Origin: an uncultured delta proteobacterium
GTDB lineage: Bacteria; Myxococcota_A; Polyangia; Polyangiales; Polyangiaceae
NCBI GenBank assembly: GCA_963782055.1
Contig: CAWAIF010000003.1
Coordinates: 5,920,001-5,984,000, forward strand
DNA length: 64,000 nt
Direction of reading: 5' to 3'
Shown: positions 51,468 to 61,542 of the stretch, piece by piece
How positions within the stretch are numbered: the stretch's first letter is position 1
How the letters are laid out: each line of letters opens with the position of its first letter
The notes under the pieces: model-generated
Databases searched by the model: none
Told to the model about the DNA's origin: nothing
The model's input: only the letters and a program-made list of their open reading frames with translations
Program-made: the position numbers and the translations under genes

Positions 51468-52114
51468 GCGGCAAGAAGGTGAAGAAGGGGCACCCCTTCG
51501 CCGCGCTGCGCGACGTGAAGCTCGAGCCGAAGGCGCAGCCCGCCGCGCCGCGCCCTCGCAAGGCGCCGAAGGTCAGCGCCCAGGACGAGGAGCTCGCCTT
51601 CCACCGGATGATGGCGGGCGTCACGCCGATGCGGGGCAAGTCGCGCATGCCGCGCAGCGTGGAGGTGCCCCAGCCCAGCGCGGAGAAGAAGGCGGCCCAG
51701 CGCGCGCAGCTGGAGCCGGAGCGCGACGCCGAGGACGCGCGCTCGCGGCTGGACGGCCTGGTGAAGACGCGCTTCGAGGTGCGCGACGACGGGCGGCGCG
51801 CGGAGGGCCGCCGCGTCGAGACGCCGCCGGCGGTGCTCCGGCAGCTCAAGCAGGGACGCTTCCCCATCGATGCGCGGCTGGACGTGCGCGCGCTGCCCTC
51901 CGCCGACGCGCGCGTCTCCATCGATGCCTTCCTCCGCAAGATGCGCTCGCGCGGGGAGCGCTGCGTGCTCGTCGCTTACGGCGCCGAGGAAGGCAAGACC
52001 CTGCGCGGCGAGGTCACCGCGTGGCTCTCGCAGGGCGCGACGAGCGCGCAGGTCTCCGCCTTCGCCACGCCGGCCGACGACGAGCACGCCGTGGTGATCC
52101 TTCTCCGCCGCTGA
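51464..52114 (+). CDS. Smr/MutS2 C-terminal domain protein
   Basis: RQLKQGRFPIDARLDV, RCVLVAYG, LRGEVTAWL. Confidence 0.75.
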   Translation: MSGKKVKKGHPFAALRDVKLEPKAQPAAPRPRKAPKVSAQDEELAFHRMMAGVTPMRGKSRMPRSVEVPQPSAEKKAAQRAQLEPERDAEDARSRLDGLVKTRFEVRDDGRRAEGRRVETPPAVLRQLKQGRFPIDARLDVRALPSADARVSIDAFLRKMRSRGERCVLVAYGAEEGKTLRGEVTAWLSQGATSAQVSAFATPADDEHAVVILLRR

Positions 52115-52276
52115 CGGGAGCCCCCCCGAGACTGAGCCGCGACCGGTCATGACGCGCAGCGGCACGGCGAAGAACGCCATGGCGTCGCGAAGCGACGGGT
52201 ATTAGGCTCGCCGGACCTGCGGGCAAGCCCCCGCGGCGAGCGGTGTGAAGGGGGCAGCCGACTTTCGGAGCACAAG

Positions 52277-53194
52277 ATGGTCGACAAGGTTCAGAAGATC
52301 TGGCTCGACGGCGAGCTCTTGGACTGGGACGCGGCGAACGTCCACATCCTCACGCACAGCCTCCACTACGGGCTGGGCGCGTTCGAGGGCATCCGCGCCT
52401 ACAAGCGACCGAACGGGTCCTACGTCTTCCGCCTGAAGGAGCACATCGACCGCCTCTACGACACCTGCAAGCTGACGCTGCTGGCGCCCAAGCCCTCGCA
52501 CGCGCAGGTGATGGAGGCGTGCGTCGAGCTGCTGCGCGCCAACAAGATGGAGGAGGGCTACCTCCGGCCGATGGTCTTCGTGGGCGAGGGCGCGATGGGC
52601 ATCTACGCGCCGAACAACCCGGTGCGCACCACCGTCATCGCGTGGAAGTGGGGCGCGTATCTCGGCGACGAAGCGCTCAAGAACGGCATCCGCGCCAAGA
52701 TCAGCTCCTTCGCACGGCACCACATCAACGTGTCGCTGGCCAAGGGCAAGATCATGGGCCAGTACACCAACAGCGTGCTCGCCAAGCGCGAGGCGAAGTT
52801 CGGCGGCTACGACGAGGCCATCATGCTCGACGTCCAGGGCTACGTCTCGGAGGGCACGGGCGAGAACATCTTCATCGTGAAGGACGGCGTGCTCATCACG
52901 CCGGATCTCTCCGCCTCCATCCTCGCCGGCATCACCCGCGACACCGTGCTGACGCTCGCCCGCGAGGAGGGCATCCCGGTGCGCGAGGAACGCATCACCC
53001 GCGACCAGCTCTGGCTCGCCGACGAGGCCTTCTTCACCGGCACCGCCGCCGAGGTCACGCCCATCCGCGAGGTGGACAACCGCACCGTCGGCGAGGGCAA
53101 GCCCGGACCGGTCACGCTGCGCGTACAGAAGCGCTTCTTCGACATCGTCAAGGGCAACGACGCCTCGCACCCCGAGTGGCTCACCAAGGTTTGA
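52277..53194 (+). CDS. ilvE: Branched-chain amino acid aminotransferase
   Basis: HSLHYG..FEGIRAY, EGTGENIF, LAGITR, GTAAEVTP. Confidence 0.96.
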   Translation: MVDKVQKIWLDGELLDWDAANVHILTHSLHYGLGAFEGIRAYKRPNGSYVFRLKEHIDRLYDTCKLTLLAPKPSHAQVMEACVELLRANKMEEGYLRPMVFVGEGAMGIYAPNNPVRTTVIAWKWGAYLGDEALKNGIRAKISSFARHHINVSLAKGKIMGQYTNSVLAKREAKFGGYDEAIMLDVQGYVSEGTGENIFIVKDGVLITPDLSASILAGITRDTVLTLAREEGIPVREERITRDQLWLADEAFFTGTAAEVTPIREVDNRTVGEGKPGPVTLRVQKRFFDIVKGNDASHPEWLTKV

Positions 53195-53832
53195 GGCTGG
53201 CGCTCACGGTCGCCGTCACGGTCGCGATCGTGGGGTGCGCGGGCGGCTCCTCCAGGCCTGGCCCGGCGCCGCCCCCGGCCGCCACCGCGCCCTCCGGCCC
53301 GCCCACCTTCTCCGCACGAGCGCGCTACCCGCGCTTCCACTCCACGCGCTTCGGGCTCTCCCTGCCGCTGCCCGAGGGCAAGCAGTGGCGCATCGACGAC
53401 CACTCGCATCGCGAGCTCCGGGCCACGCACGCGCCGACGCGCTCGGAGGTGCGCGTGTATGCCTGGCGAGAGCGCGACCTGATGAACCGCGCCCGCTGCG
53501 AGGGACGCGCGCGCGATCTTGGCCTGGTGCCCGACCTGGACGCCACCATGCTCGAGCAGGAGGTGGTGACGCAGCCGGCGGGATGGGACGGCCGCGTGTG
53601 GCTGGGCCTGGAGACCCGGAGCACCGGCGCGGGAAAGCCCACCCTGATCGGCCACCTGATGGAGTTCTCTGCACGGATGAGGCGCTGCCTCTTCTTCTAC
53701 TACCGGACGGAGGTGCCCGGCGGCGATGAGCGGATGCTCTCCGCCCGCCTCGCCGTCATCCGCCTGCGGGTGCTGGGGGACCTCACCGTGGACTCCTTCG
53801 GAGTGGTCCAGCGCCAGCCTTTCGAGGAGTGA
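53191..53832 (+). CDS. Hypothetical lipoprotein
   Basis: TTG start overlapping the ilvE stop; lipobox IVGC. Confidence 0.7.
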   Translation: MRLALTVAVTVAIVGCAGGSSRPGPAPPPAATAPSGPPTFSARARYPRFHSTRFGLSLPLPEGKQWRIDDHSHRELRATHAPTRSEVRVYAWRERDLMNRARCEGRARDLGLVPDLDATMLEQEVVTQPAGWDGRVWLGLETRSTGAGKPTLIGHLMEFSARMRRCLFFYYRTEVPGGDERMLSARLAVIRLRVLGDLTVDSFGVVQRQPFEE

Positions 53833-54120
53833 CCGGCCCGCTCCGGCCCCCTGCATCTCTTGCGCTTACCGCCGATCCGGGTTCTCCTCGGTGGGTCACG
53901 ACTGTTTCCGGTTTTGACACGACGCTCTCTCCGATTCTGGAGAAGGTCGCGGCGCGCGGCGAGGTTTCGTGGCGGGCCCGTTGGGTCGCAGCAGGCAACG
54001 GCACGTGGGGCAGGCGGGGTCCCCTCCTGCAGCTCTCGCGCGGTGTTGGCGGCCCCTCCGTGTCAGAGCGCGTGGCGCGTTCCGCGCACCCCTGGGCCGT
54101 CCACTGCGAGACGATCAACC

Positions 54121-54537
54121 ATGGGTACGAGGCTCTACGTCGGGAATCTTTCGTTCAGCTCCACGGACGACACGCTGCGCGCGGCGTTCGCCGAATCGGG
54201 CGAGGTGGTCGATGCCCACATCGTCAAGGACCGTGAGACCGGCCGCTCCCGCGGCTTCGGCTTCATCACCATGGGCAGCGACGAGCAGGCGCAGCGCGCC
54301 ATCCAGTCGATGAACGGGGCGATGCTCGACGGGCGCCCGCTGCGCGTCAACGAGGCGCAGGAGCGCGCCGACCGCGGCTTCGGCGGTGGCGGTGGCGGGG
54401 GCGGCGGGGGCGGCGGCTACGGCGGCGGGGGCGGTTACGGCGGTGGCGGCGGCTACGGCGGCGGCGGCGGGCGCGGCGGACGCGGCGGCGGGCGTGGCGG
54501 CGGCGGGCGTGGAGACCGCGGCGGCCGCGGACGCTGA
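54121..54537 (+). CDS. RRM RNA-binding protein with Gly-rich tail
   Basis: LYVGNL (RNP2), RGFGFI (RNP1), GGY/RGG tail. Confidence 0.95.
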   Translation: MGTRLYVGNLSFSSTDDTLRAAFAESGEVVDAHIVKDRETGRSRGFGFITMGSDEQAQRAIQSMNGAMLDGRPLRVNEAQERADRGFGGGGGGGGGGGGYGGGGGYGGGGGYGGGGGRGGRGGGRGGGGRGDRGGRGR

Positions 54538-54697
54538 TCGGCGCGCCCTACACAGGACAACGGCCCGGTCCCCCACGTGAGCACGTGAGGGCCGGGCCGC
54601 CTTGCTTTGTCCCGCGCGCTCGCTCGATACCGGGCCACGATCTTTGTGGACGATTTGTCGCCGCCGGCGTCCTCGCCCCGCGCGTAGCGTCGAGCGC

Positions 54698-56347
54698 ATG
54701 AAGAGCACCCCAAGGGAGGGCATCGCCCGGGTCGTCAATCTGGTCCTCGTCATCGCCGCGGCAGCATGCTCCGGCAACCACGAGGACGTCGGAACGGGCG
54801 CGCAGAAGCTCATCTCGCTCGGAAGCCTCGTTCACGTGGACGCCGCCGACACCACGGCTGAAGACCACAACCTCTCCGGTGTCTTCACCCAGGCCTCCAG
54901 CCCGACGGCGCCCAACATCTACGCCGTCGGATTCGAGAACGACGAGACAGACTACTCAAATCTGCCGAACTATCCGTTCGGCTGGGCGTGGTCAACGTCG
55001 AGTTCCGGGTCCTACACGAGGTGCTATGATCACGCGACGGGTTGTACGGCGCTCCATACCAGCGCCATCTCCGACTGGTACGCCTGGGGCGGACAGCCGA
55101 GCCTCGCCGCGGACGGGGTCGGGAACGTCGCGTACGTCACCCTCTACAAGTCATCGTCCACGTCGGGCCTCGACCAGGTCGCGGTCGTCATGTCGCACGA
55201 CGGCGGCGAGACCTTCGGGGGGAGCGACGGCAAGATGCTGTCCCTCACCGACGGCGCCGGGGAGGGGTGCGACTCGGGCACCCAGCGCCTCCCCAACGTG
55301 GCGGTGGACATCACCACGACGCCCCCGACGTACTGGGCGGTCTGGGGCCACAAGGGGTCGGGGTCGTTCGGTGGCTGCATCCGCAGCTTCACCTACGATC
55401 CGACCAGCGACACGGTGAGCACCGGCGGCCCCGCCGCGGCAGGCTACACCATCGACAACATGGAGCGCGAAGGGCTCGACGATGGCCAGGGTGCGCTCAT
55501 CGTGCAGGCCGCCGACGGCATGGTCACCGTCGCGTACGACAACCAGGACAACGTCGCCTCGAGCTGCCCCGCGGGCAACAACGGAATGGCGTGGGAGACG
55601 GTGAGCACGGTCAACGGGGCGGACTGGACCTCCAAGAGCCGCGTCGTCCACACCAGCACATTCGACTGGTGCGCGATCGGGAACACCGACGGCACGGACG
55701 ACTCCACGTCGCGGATCATCAAGGGCACTCGTGAGTTCGACTTCATCGTCGCACCCGACGGCAACTCGTACCTGGCCGTGAACGACACCAACGACTCCAT
55801 CCGGCTCTACATGAGCGCGACGCGAGGTGTGAAGATCCCCGGGATCGGCGCCACCAACGACAGCCCGTGGCGAGAGTATTGTGACGGGGGCAGCGGGGCC
55901 ACCAGTAACTGGACCGCTCCCGGCGCCGCATGCTCTACCGCGCTCGTCGCCCCCGGGACGGAGGTGTTTCGCCCGGTGCTCTCGGCCGACGGCAACAGCC
56001 GTATCTCGCTGATGTGGTACCAGCGTGTGGACCCTGTGGGTGGCGGGCACGGCGTGGAGGTCGAGTACATGGGCAACGTGGCCCCTCGAATGCAGTCGAG
56101 CCCCGCGTCGGGGTTGCAGGGCGGCAGCTTCCAAGGCCCAACTACGCTGGAGAGTTTCTTCGATCCGAACCCGAGCCTGTACACCGATCGTCATAAGGCC
56201 CTGGGGTTCTACATGACCATGCCCTCATCACGGCTGGCTGCTGCAGCCGCGCTCGGCACCAACGACGCGCAGCCGTACTGGACGTTCGTAAGCAGCGCGC
56301 CCTTGCGTGTCATCGACACGCGGAGCGTCACGCTAACGCCTCCTTGA
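54698..56347 (+). CDS. Large hypothetical lipoprotein with a BNR/Asp-box motif
   Basis: Lipobox AAAC; SHDGGETFG Asp-box. Confidence 0.75.
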   Translation: MKSTPREGIARVVNLVLVIAAAACSGNHEDVGTGAQKLISLGSLVHVDAADTTAEDHNLSGVFTQASSPTAPNIYAVGFENDETDYSNLPNYPFGWAWSTSSSGSYTRCYDHATGCTALHTSAISDWYAWGGQPSLAADGVGNVAYVTLYKSSSTSGLDQVAVVMSHDGGETFGGSDGKMLSLTDGAGEGCDSGTQRLPNVAVDITTTPPTYWAVWGHKGSGSFGGCIRSFTYDPTSDTVSTGGPAAAGYTIDNMEREGLDDGQGALIVQAADGMVTVAYDNQDNVASSCPAGNNGMAWETVSTVNGADWTSKSRVVHTSTFDWCAIGNTDGTDDSTSRIIKGTREFDFIVAPDGNSYLAVNDTNDSIRLYMSATRGVKIPGIGATNDSPWREYCDGGSGATSNWTAPGAACSTALVAPGTEVFRPVLSADGNSRISLMWYQRVDPVGGGHGVEVEYMGNVAPRMQSSPASGLQGGSFQGPTTLESFFDPNPSLYTDRHKALGFYMTMPSSRLAAAAALGTNDAQPYWTFVSSAPLRVIDTRSVTLTPP

Positions 56348-56378
56348 CCTCGTGGCACAAGCTGCTAAACCGCGGAGG

Positions 56379-57122
56379 ATGCGGCGAGCCGCGCTCCGAT
56401 TCATCGCCCTCGTGGGCGCCGGTGCCCTCATCGTCGCTGGCGCCTGCGGGGGCAAGCTCGTTGGCTACGACACCCCCGGTGGCTTCGATGACGCTGGCGT
56501 GTTCCATCAGCCCGACGGTGCTGTCCTGTTCGGGCCGGGCTCCGGCTGCGCCGGCTTCGACGCGGCGGCGTACACGCCCGCGCCGGCTTGTTCACCGCTC
56601 TCGCCGGTGCACGACCTCGTCGCAGACACGAACTCAACGTGCAACACGTGGGCAGGGAACTTTTCCATCGGGTACCCCGTGTACACCCTGTGCTGGGCGT
56701 GTCCCTCCGCCCAAGATCCTCGATGTGCCCAGGACGCCGGACCGTACGCTTGCGGTGCCCAACTCGACCCCCGGAAGGATGGGGGTGCTCCGGTCCGGTG
56801 CAACCCGGGGCCTGAGGGCGACGCGTACTGCGCGGCGTTCTACCAGCAGTTCGTCCGCGGCGACGGGAAGGCGATGGGCAGATGCGACATGGTCTGCCTC
56901 CCGAACGACAACTGCGATTGTTGGAAGGATGCTCCCTATGAGAGGAACGGCACGGACCACAAGTACGGGGACTGGGGGTACAGTCCGCGATGCCCGGACC
57001 GGGACTTCGTCGGGATGTGCGTCGACCCCTGCGGAGGAGGGCATGCCGTACCGGAGAGCCTGTGCGTCAAGCGGCCTGGGAGGACGGCGTCGATGGAGGG
57101 GTACTGCGCCGATCCGCCGTGA
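56379..57122 (+). CDS. Cys-rich lipoprotein, paralogue B1
   Basis: AGAC lipobox; PGGFDDAGVFHQPDG...GDAYCAAFYQQ...CADPP. Confidence 0.8.
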   Translation: MRRAALRFIALVGAGALIVAGACGGKLVGYDTPGGFDDAGVFHQPDGAVLFGPGSGCAGFDAAAYTPAPACSPLSPVHDLVADTNSTCNTWAGNFSIGYPVYTLCWACPSAQDPRCAQDAGPYACGAQLDPRKDGGAPVRCNPGPEGDAYCAAFYQQFVRGDGKAMGRCDMVCLPNDNCDCWKDAPYERNGTDHKYGDWGYSPRCPDRDFVGMCVDPCGGGHAVPESLCVKRPGRTASMEGYCADPP

Positions 57123-57203
57123 TCCGTCGAGCGCTACCGGGCCGGGACGAGCCGGTAGCCCAGCCCGGCGACGGCCTCGATGACGGCACGAGAACCGGCG
57201 AGC
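57016..57203 (+). repeat. Direct repeat copy 1 (~190 bp)
   Basis: Nearly identical to 60611-60806. Confidence 0.9.
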
Positions 57204-57580
57204 CACCCTGGTCCGTCCTTCCAGTGACACCGGACGGCCCCACTTCGCATAAGTAAGAGTCGATTGCGTGAGCGCGCCGGGTCGCGGCGCCGGTCGCGTG
57301 GCGCGGGTGCGCGGTCGCGAAATCGACGGTTGGACGAAGCCGGTGCGCGGCAGCGGCGAGGCGGTGGCCTCGGAGCCCTATGGGGAAGTTGGCGGCGTGT
57401 GGGTCACGTGTGCGGGTGCGCGAGGTGCCGAGCGGGCGGCGGGACGGCGCTCGACGCGGGCGTCCCGGAGCGCGCAGCGGGCAGCCGTGCGTGCTCGGAG
57501 GGCGGGTTTTCGTGGCGCGGATGGACAGGGGCCTGGGCCGCACTCGTGGAGCGAGCGCAGTGGAGCACGACGCGGGGAGA

Positions 57581-58738
57581 TCATGCGGCCCCCGGCGGGG
57601 CGCGAGCTCGGGGCTCGGGCAGCGCGGTGCGCACGAGGGCAGGCGTGTGGCAAGCGGGGCAGCGGCGCAGGTCGATGCCCGCGATTCGCAGCAGCAGGTC
57701 GGCGGCGTCGGCACGGCGCTCCGGTCGCGCAGCGGGCGCGTGCGGACCCAGTCTGCGGCGCGCGGTCTCGAGGCGCGTGGTGGCGTGGCTGGCGGAGTGC
57801 AGGCCGTAGTGGCGGATCTTGACGAAGCCGCGCGGCAGCACGTGCTGGACGAAGCGCGCGAGCAGCTCCTCGGCCGGGACGGTGACCGACTTGCCGTCTC
57901 TGGTGCGGAAGGTGACGCCGCGCTCGCCCATCGAGACGAAGCGGTGGTTGCAGATGCCGACGCGGTGCGTGTAGCGACCGAGGTAGCGGATGACCTGAGC
58001 GGGGCCGCCGAAGGGTCGCTTGGCGTAGACGACCCAGGCCTTGCGTCGGAGCGCCAGCAGGTCGACGCCGCCCAGGTCGACGAGGCCGCGCGCGTGGGCG
58101 CGCTCGAGAGCGGCGAGCATCTTGCCGCGAAAGAGGGCGCCCATCACGCGCACGGGGAAGAGGAAGCGACGGCGCGCGCGCACCCAGCGCGCGGCGTCGC
58201 CGGTGAGTCCGCCGCCGGTGACGATGGCGTGCACGTGGGGGTGGAAGAGCAGCGCGCGCGTCCAGGTGTGCAGGACCATCGTGACGCCGAGCTCGGCGCC
58301 GAGCCACTTCGGATCCCGCGCGAGGGTGGCCAGCGTGTCGGCCGCGCTCGCGAAGAGCATGTCGAAGACCCGCGCGCGCGAGCGCCGCGCGACGGTGCGC
58401 AGCTCGGCGGGGAGCGTGAAGACGACGTGGAAGTAGTGCACGGGCAGAATGCGCTCGAGCCGCGTGGCGACCCACCGCGCCTGCGCGAGCGACTGGCACT
58501 TGGGACAGTGCCGGTTGCGGCACGAGTTGTACGACGGTCGCTCGAGCCCGCACGCGGTGCACACGTCCAGATGTCCGCCCAGCGCGGCAGTCCGGCATCG
58601 CTCGATCGCCCGCAGCGCCGACCGCTCCTCGGGACGCAGCACGCGGCCGCCGGCGAAGGCCTCGCCGTGGGCGCGCACCACGTCCGCGAGCTCGATGGGC
58701 GCCGCGCGCGTGCGCGCGGGCGCACACGACGGGTGCAT
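57581..58738 (-). CDS. IS91-family (Y2, rolling-circle) transposase
   Basis: CRTAALGG, YNSCRNRHCPKC, HVVFTLP, LHTW...HPHVH, YLGRY, RHYGL. Confidence 0.93.
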   Translation of the reverse strand: MHPSCAPARTRAAPIELADVVRAHGEAFAGGRVLRPEERSALRAIERCRTAALGGHLDVCTACGLERPSYNSCRNRHCPKCQSLAQARWVATRLERILPVHYFHVVFTLPAELRTVARRSRARVFDMLFASAADTLATLARDPKWLGAELGVTMVLHTWTRALLFHPHVHAIVTGGGLTGDAARWVRARRRFLFPVRVMGALFRGKMLAALERAHARGLVDLGGVDLLALRRKAWVVYAKRPFGGPAQVIRYLGRYTHRVGICNHRFVSMGERGVTFRTRDGKSVTVPAEELLARFVQHVLPRGFVKIRHYGLHSASHATTRLETARRRLGPHAPAARPERRADAADLLLRIAGIDLRRCPACHTPALVRTALPEPRARAPPGAA

Positions 58739-58744
58739 CGGGGC

Positions 58745-59588
58745 TCAGGGCAGCGCGTCGAGGGGGCTCTGAATCGACTGCACGCGGGCGGTGCTCACGT
58801 GCAGGTAGGCCATCGTGCTCCTGAGCGACGCGTGCCCGAGCAAGACCTGCAACGTGCGAAGGTCGGTCCCTGCGTCGAGCAGGTGCGTGGCGAAGCTGTG
58901 GCGCAGCGTGTGCGGCGACACGCGCCGGGTGATGCCCGCGCGCCGCGCCGCCTTGAGGATCGCCCGGTGGACGGCCGCGCGCGTGAGGAGCGCCGGGCAC
59001 GCGCCCCGGAAACAGCTGCGGTCCTGCGGGTCGTGACGCCTTCCAGTACGCGCGCAGCGTCGCCAGCAGCCTCGCGCTGAGCATCACGTAGCGCTCACGC
59101 CCGCGCTTGGTGTGCCGCACGTGCAGGAGCATCCGCTTCGGATCGATGTCGTCCACCCGGAGCTTGCACACCTCGCTCACGCGCAGCCCCGCCCCGTAGG
59201 CGAGCATCACCAGGGCCCGGTGCTTGTGGCTCGTGAGCGCCGCGAGCAGCCGCGCCACCTCCGCGCTCGTCAGCACCACCGGCACGTGCATCGGCACCCG
59301 CATGCGCGCCATCCCCAGCGTCGCCTCCGGCCGCTCCAGCGTCACCTCGTAGAGAAACCTCAGCGCGGCCGCGTGCACGTTGACCGTCAGCGCCGCCAGC
59401 CTGCGCTCCGCCACCAGGTGCAAGAGGAACGTCCGGATCTCCGCCGCCCCCAGCGCGCACGGCGACCGCCCGTGGTACTGCGCGAACCGCCGCACGCACC
59501 CCACGTACGTGGCGATCGTGTTGGCGCTCATCCCTCGCAGCGCGAGGTCCTCGCTCATCGTGTCCCGCAGTCTTCGCTTCGCACCCAT
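58745..59588 (-). CDS. Tyrosine recombinase/integrase; -1 frameshift near 58990
   Basis: YGAGLRVSE in the first frame; [20 protein letters not shown] in the shifted frame. Confidence 0.9.
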
Positions 59589-59838
59589 CGCGGCCTCCTT
59601 CGGCTCCGCGCGCGCCCACGAGCGGGCGGCGCGCGCCGCAGGATCGCCCGCATCACGGCATGCGAGGGCTACGAGGCGGGCTCGTCACCGCGCACACGCT
59701 CGCGAGGCTCCCGGCTCGCGAGCGAGCTTGATGCGGAGCCACGCTGCCGCGCAGCGGCTTCGTCCAAGAGGGATGTCGTAAACTTTCGCGCCCGACCGCG
59801 CTAGCATTTCCTATGCGCGGCTGCTATCCAGACCCCAA

Positions 59839-60597
59839 ATGCTCAGGGCCGCGCTCCGGATCACGACCATCGCATGCGCCACAGGTGTCTTCGCTGCTGG
59901 CGCGTGCGGTGGCATGGTGGTCGGGTACGACATCCCGGGAGGCCTCGATGACGCCGGGGTGTTTCACCAGCCGGACGGCGCGATCCTCTTTGCGCCCGGA
60001 TCGGGCTGCACCGGCTTCGACGCAGCCATCTTCGAGGCGCCGCCGTCGTGCCAGATACAAGTGCGCTCGTCAGAAGTGGATCCGATTCCGGATGAGAACT
60101 CGCGGTGCGCAGTCTGGGGGGCTGGAGCGCTCACGATTCATTATCCTGTCGACACTTACTGCGTCCCCTGCGACCTGGGCGACAAGTGCGCGGCGGACGC
60201 GGGCAAGTGCATCGCCGTGCTGGGGGCGCCTAAGACCCCAGCCCTCAGGTGCAATCCGGGAGCGGCTGGCGATGCGTATTGCGCCGCCTTCTTTCAGCAG
60301 TACGTCCGTGGTAATGGCGTAGCTGCTGGCCGATGCGAACGTCTGTGCTACCAGAACAATAATTGTCAATGTTTCAAGACGAGTCCGGATTCGTCTGGGA
60401 CGCACAAATACGGCGATTGGGACTCCAACCCGCGCTGCCCTGACGAGGATTTCATGGGGACTTGTGTTCCGGACGGACCCGGACCTCATTTCTGCAGCGA
60501 GCACGTAACGTTTGGCGTGAAGCTCCCTGACGGGCTGTGCGTGAGCCGAGACGGGAAGGAGGCCACGCCTGAGCCATTCTGCGCCGACCCTCCTTGA
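59839..60597 (+). CDS. Cys-rich lipoprotein, paralogue B2
   Basis: AGAC lipobox; PGGLDDAGVFHQPDG...GDAYCAAFFQQ...CADPP; visibly lower GC than the core genes. Confidence 0.85.
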   Translation: MLRAALRITTIACATGVFAAGACGGMVVGYDIPGGLDDAGVFHQPDGAILFAPGSGCTGFDAAIFEAPPSCQIQVRSSEVDPIPDENSRCAVWGAGALTIHYPVDTYCVPCDLGDKCAADAGKCIAVLGAPKTPALRCNPGAAGDAYCAAFFQQYVRGNGVAAGRCERLCYQNNNCQCFKTSPDSSGTHKYGDWDSNPRCPDEDFMGTCVPDGPGPHFCSEHVTFGVKLPDGLCVSRDGKEATPEPFCADPP

Positions 60598-60610
60598 TTA
60601 CATGAGCGCG

Positions 60611-60806
60611 TGTGCGTCGACCCCTTGCGGAGGGCGGAGGAGGGCATGCCGTCGCGGAGAGCCTGTGGGTCGAGCGGCCTGGGAGGACGGCGTCGATGGA
60701 GGGGTACTGCGCCGATCCGCCGTGATCCGCCGAGCGCTACCGGGCTGGGACGAGCCGGTAGCCCAGCCCGGCGACGGCCTCGATGACGGCACGAGAACCG
60801 GCGAGC
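60611..60806 (+). repeat. Direct repeat copy 2
   Basis: Matches 57016-57203, with small indels at the 5' end. Confidence 0.9.
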
Positions 60807-61459
60807 TGCTCGCGCAGGCGGCGGATGGCGGCGCTCACCGCCTTCGGCGCGGGCGTTCGCGCGTAGCCGTCGCCCTCGACAGCTCGGCGTAGGTGGCGAC
60901 TCTGGGCGACCTTGCGGCGAGGACGAGCAGCAGCGTCCGCTGTCCGGGCGTGAGCTCGCGAGGCTCGCCGTTCACGCGAATCTCGCCGTGGTCCGGGTCG
61001 AGGACGAGCCCCTCCACCTGGACCGGAGCCGCGAGCATCCGCCCGGACTCGCGGCGCACGAGGGCGGCCAGCAGCGCGAAGAACTCCGCCAACGCCCCGA
61101 TCGGGCAGGACATCACGGCGTCTGCGCCGTCACCGAACGCGCGCACGCGCTCGGCCTCCGTCCAGTCAGCGCCGGTATACAGCAGGAGGGGGACGGAGCT
61201 CGGGAGCGCGCGAACGGCCCTCACCAGCTCGTGGCCGTCCATCGAACCCGGGCCGAGGTGAACGTCGATCGCCGCGACGTGGACAGCGGACTTCTGCACC
61301 AGGGGGATCGCCTCGGCACCAGAAGATACGAACCGGCAGCTCCAGCCGTGCGCGTCGGCCACCAGCTTGCTCGCGTCCGCCCCCCAGCGCGCGCTTCAGC
61401 GTGGAGTGGACCAGCGTGTCGTCGTCGACGACGAGCAGACTCCTCGGCGCCGTCCCCAT
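60737..61459 (-). CDS. OmpR-family response regulator with two apparent frameshifts (near 61382 and 60880)
   Basis: LLVVDDD; IDVHL...MDGHEL; GADAV; third frame AIRRLREQLAGSRAVIEAVAGLGYRL. Confidence 0.75.
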
Positions 61460-61542
61460 GAAGCCAAGAATAGCAAGGTAGGCGGCGAATGCACACCTCG
61501 AACTGGTGACAACCTCGCAAAGCCCTTGTTGCAGGGCGCCTC

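Larger units (their letters stand above)
57330..59767 (-). mobile_element. IS91-family element with tyrosine recombinase, flanked by 26-bp inverted repeats (true ends may lie further out)
   Basis: Integrase plus Y2 transposase genes; 57330-57355 vs 59742-59767 match at 25/26 as inverted copies. Confidence 0.85.

Noticed and set aside
53833..54120. Structured RNA or riboswitch upstream of the RRM gene
   Set aside because: Long leader, but no recognisable family motif; would need an Rfam/Infernal search
54380..54530. GGC-rich repeats
   Set aside because: They encode the ordinary Gly-rich tail of the RRM protein
56352..56366. TGGCAC...TGC as a sigma54 promoter
   Set aside because: GG-to-GC spacing is 8 nt rather than 10
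58745..60597. Integron (IntI plus cassette)
   Set aside because: The recombinase is short, shows no evident IntI insertion and is paired with a Y2 transposase; no attC was identified
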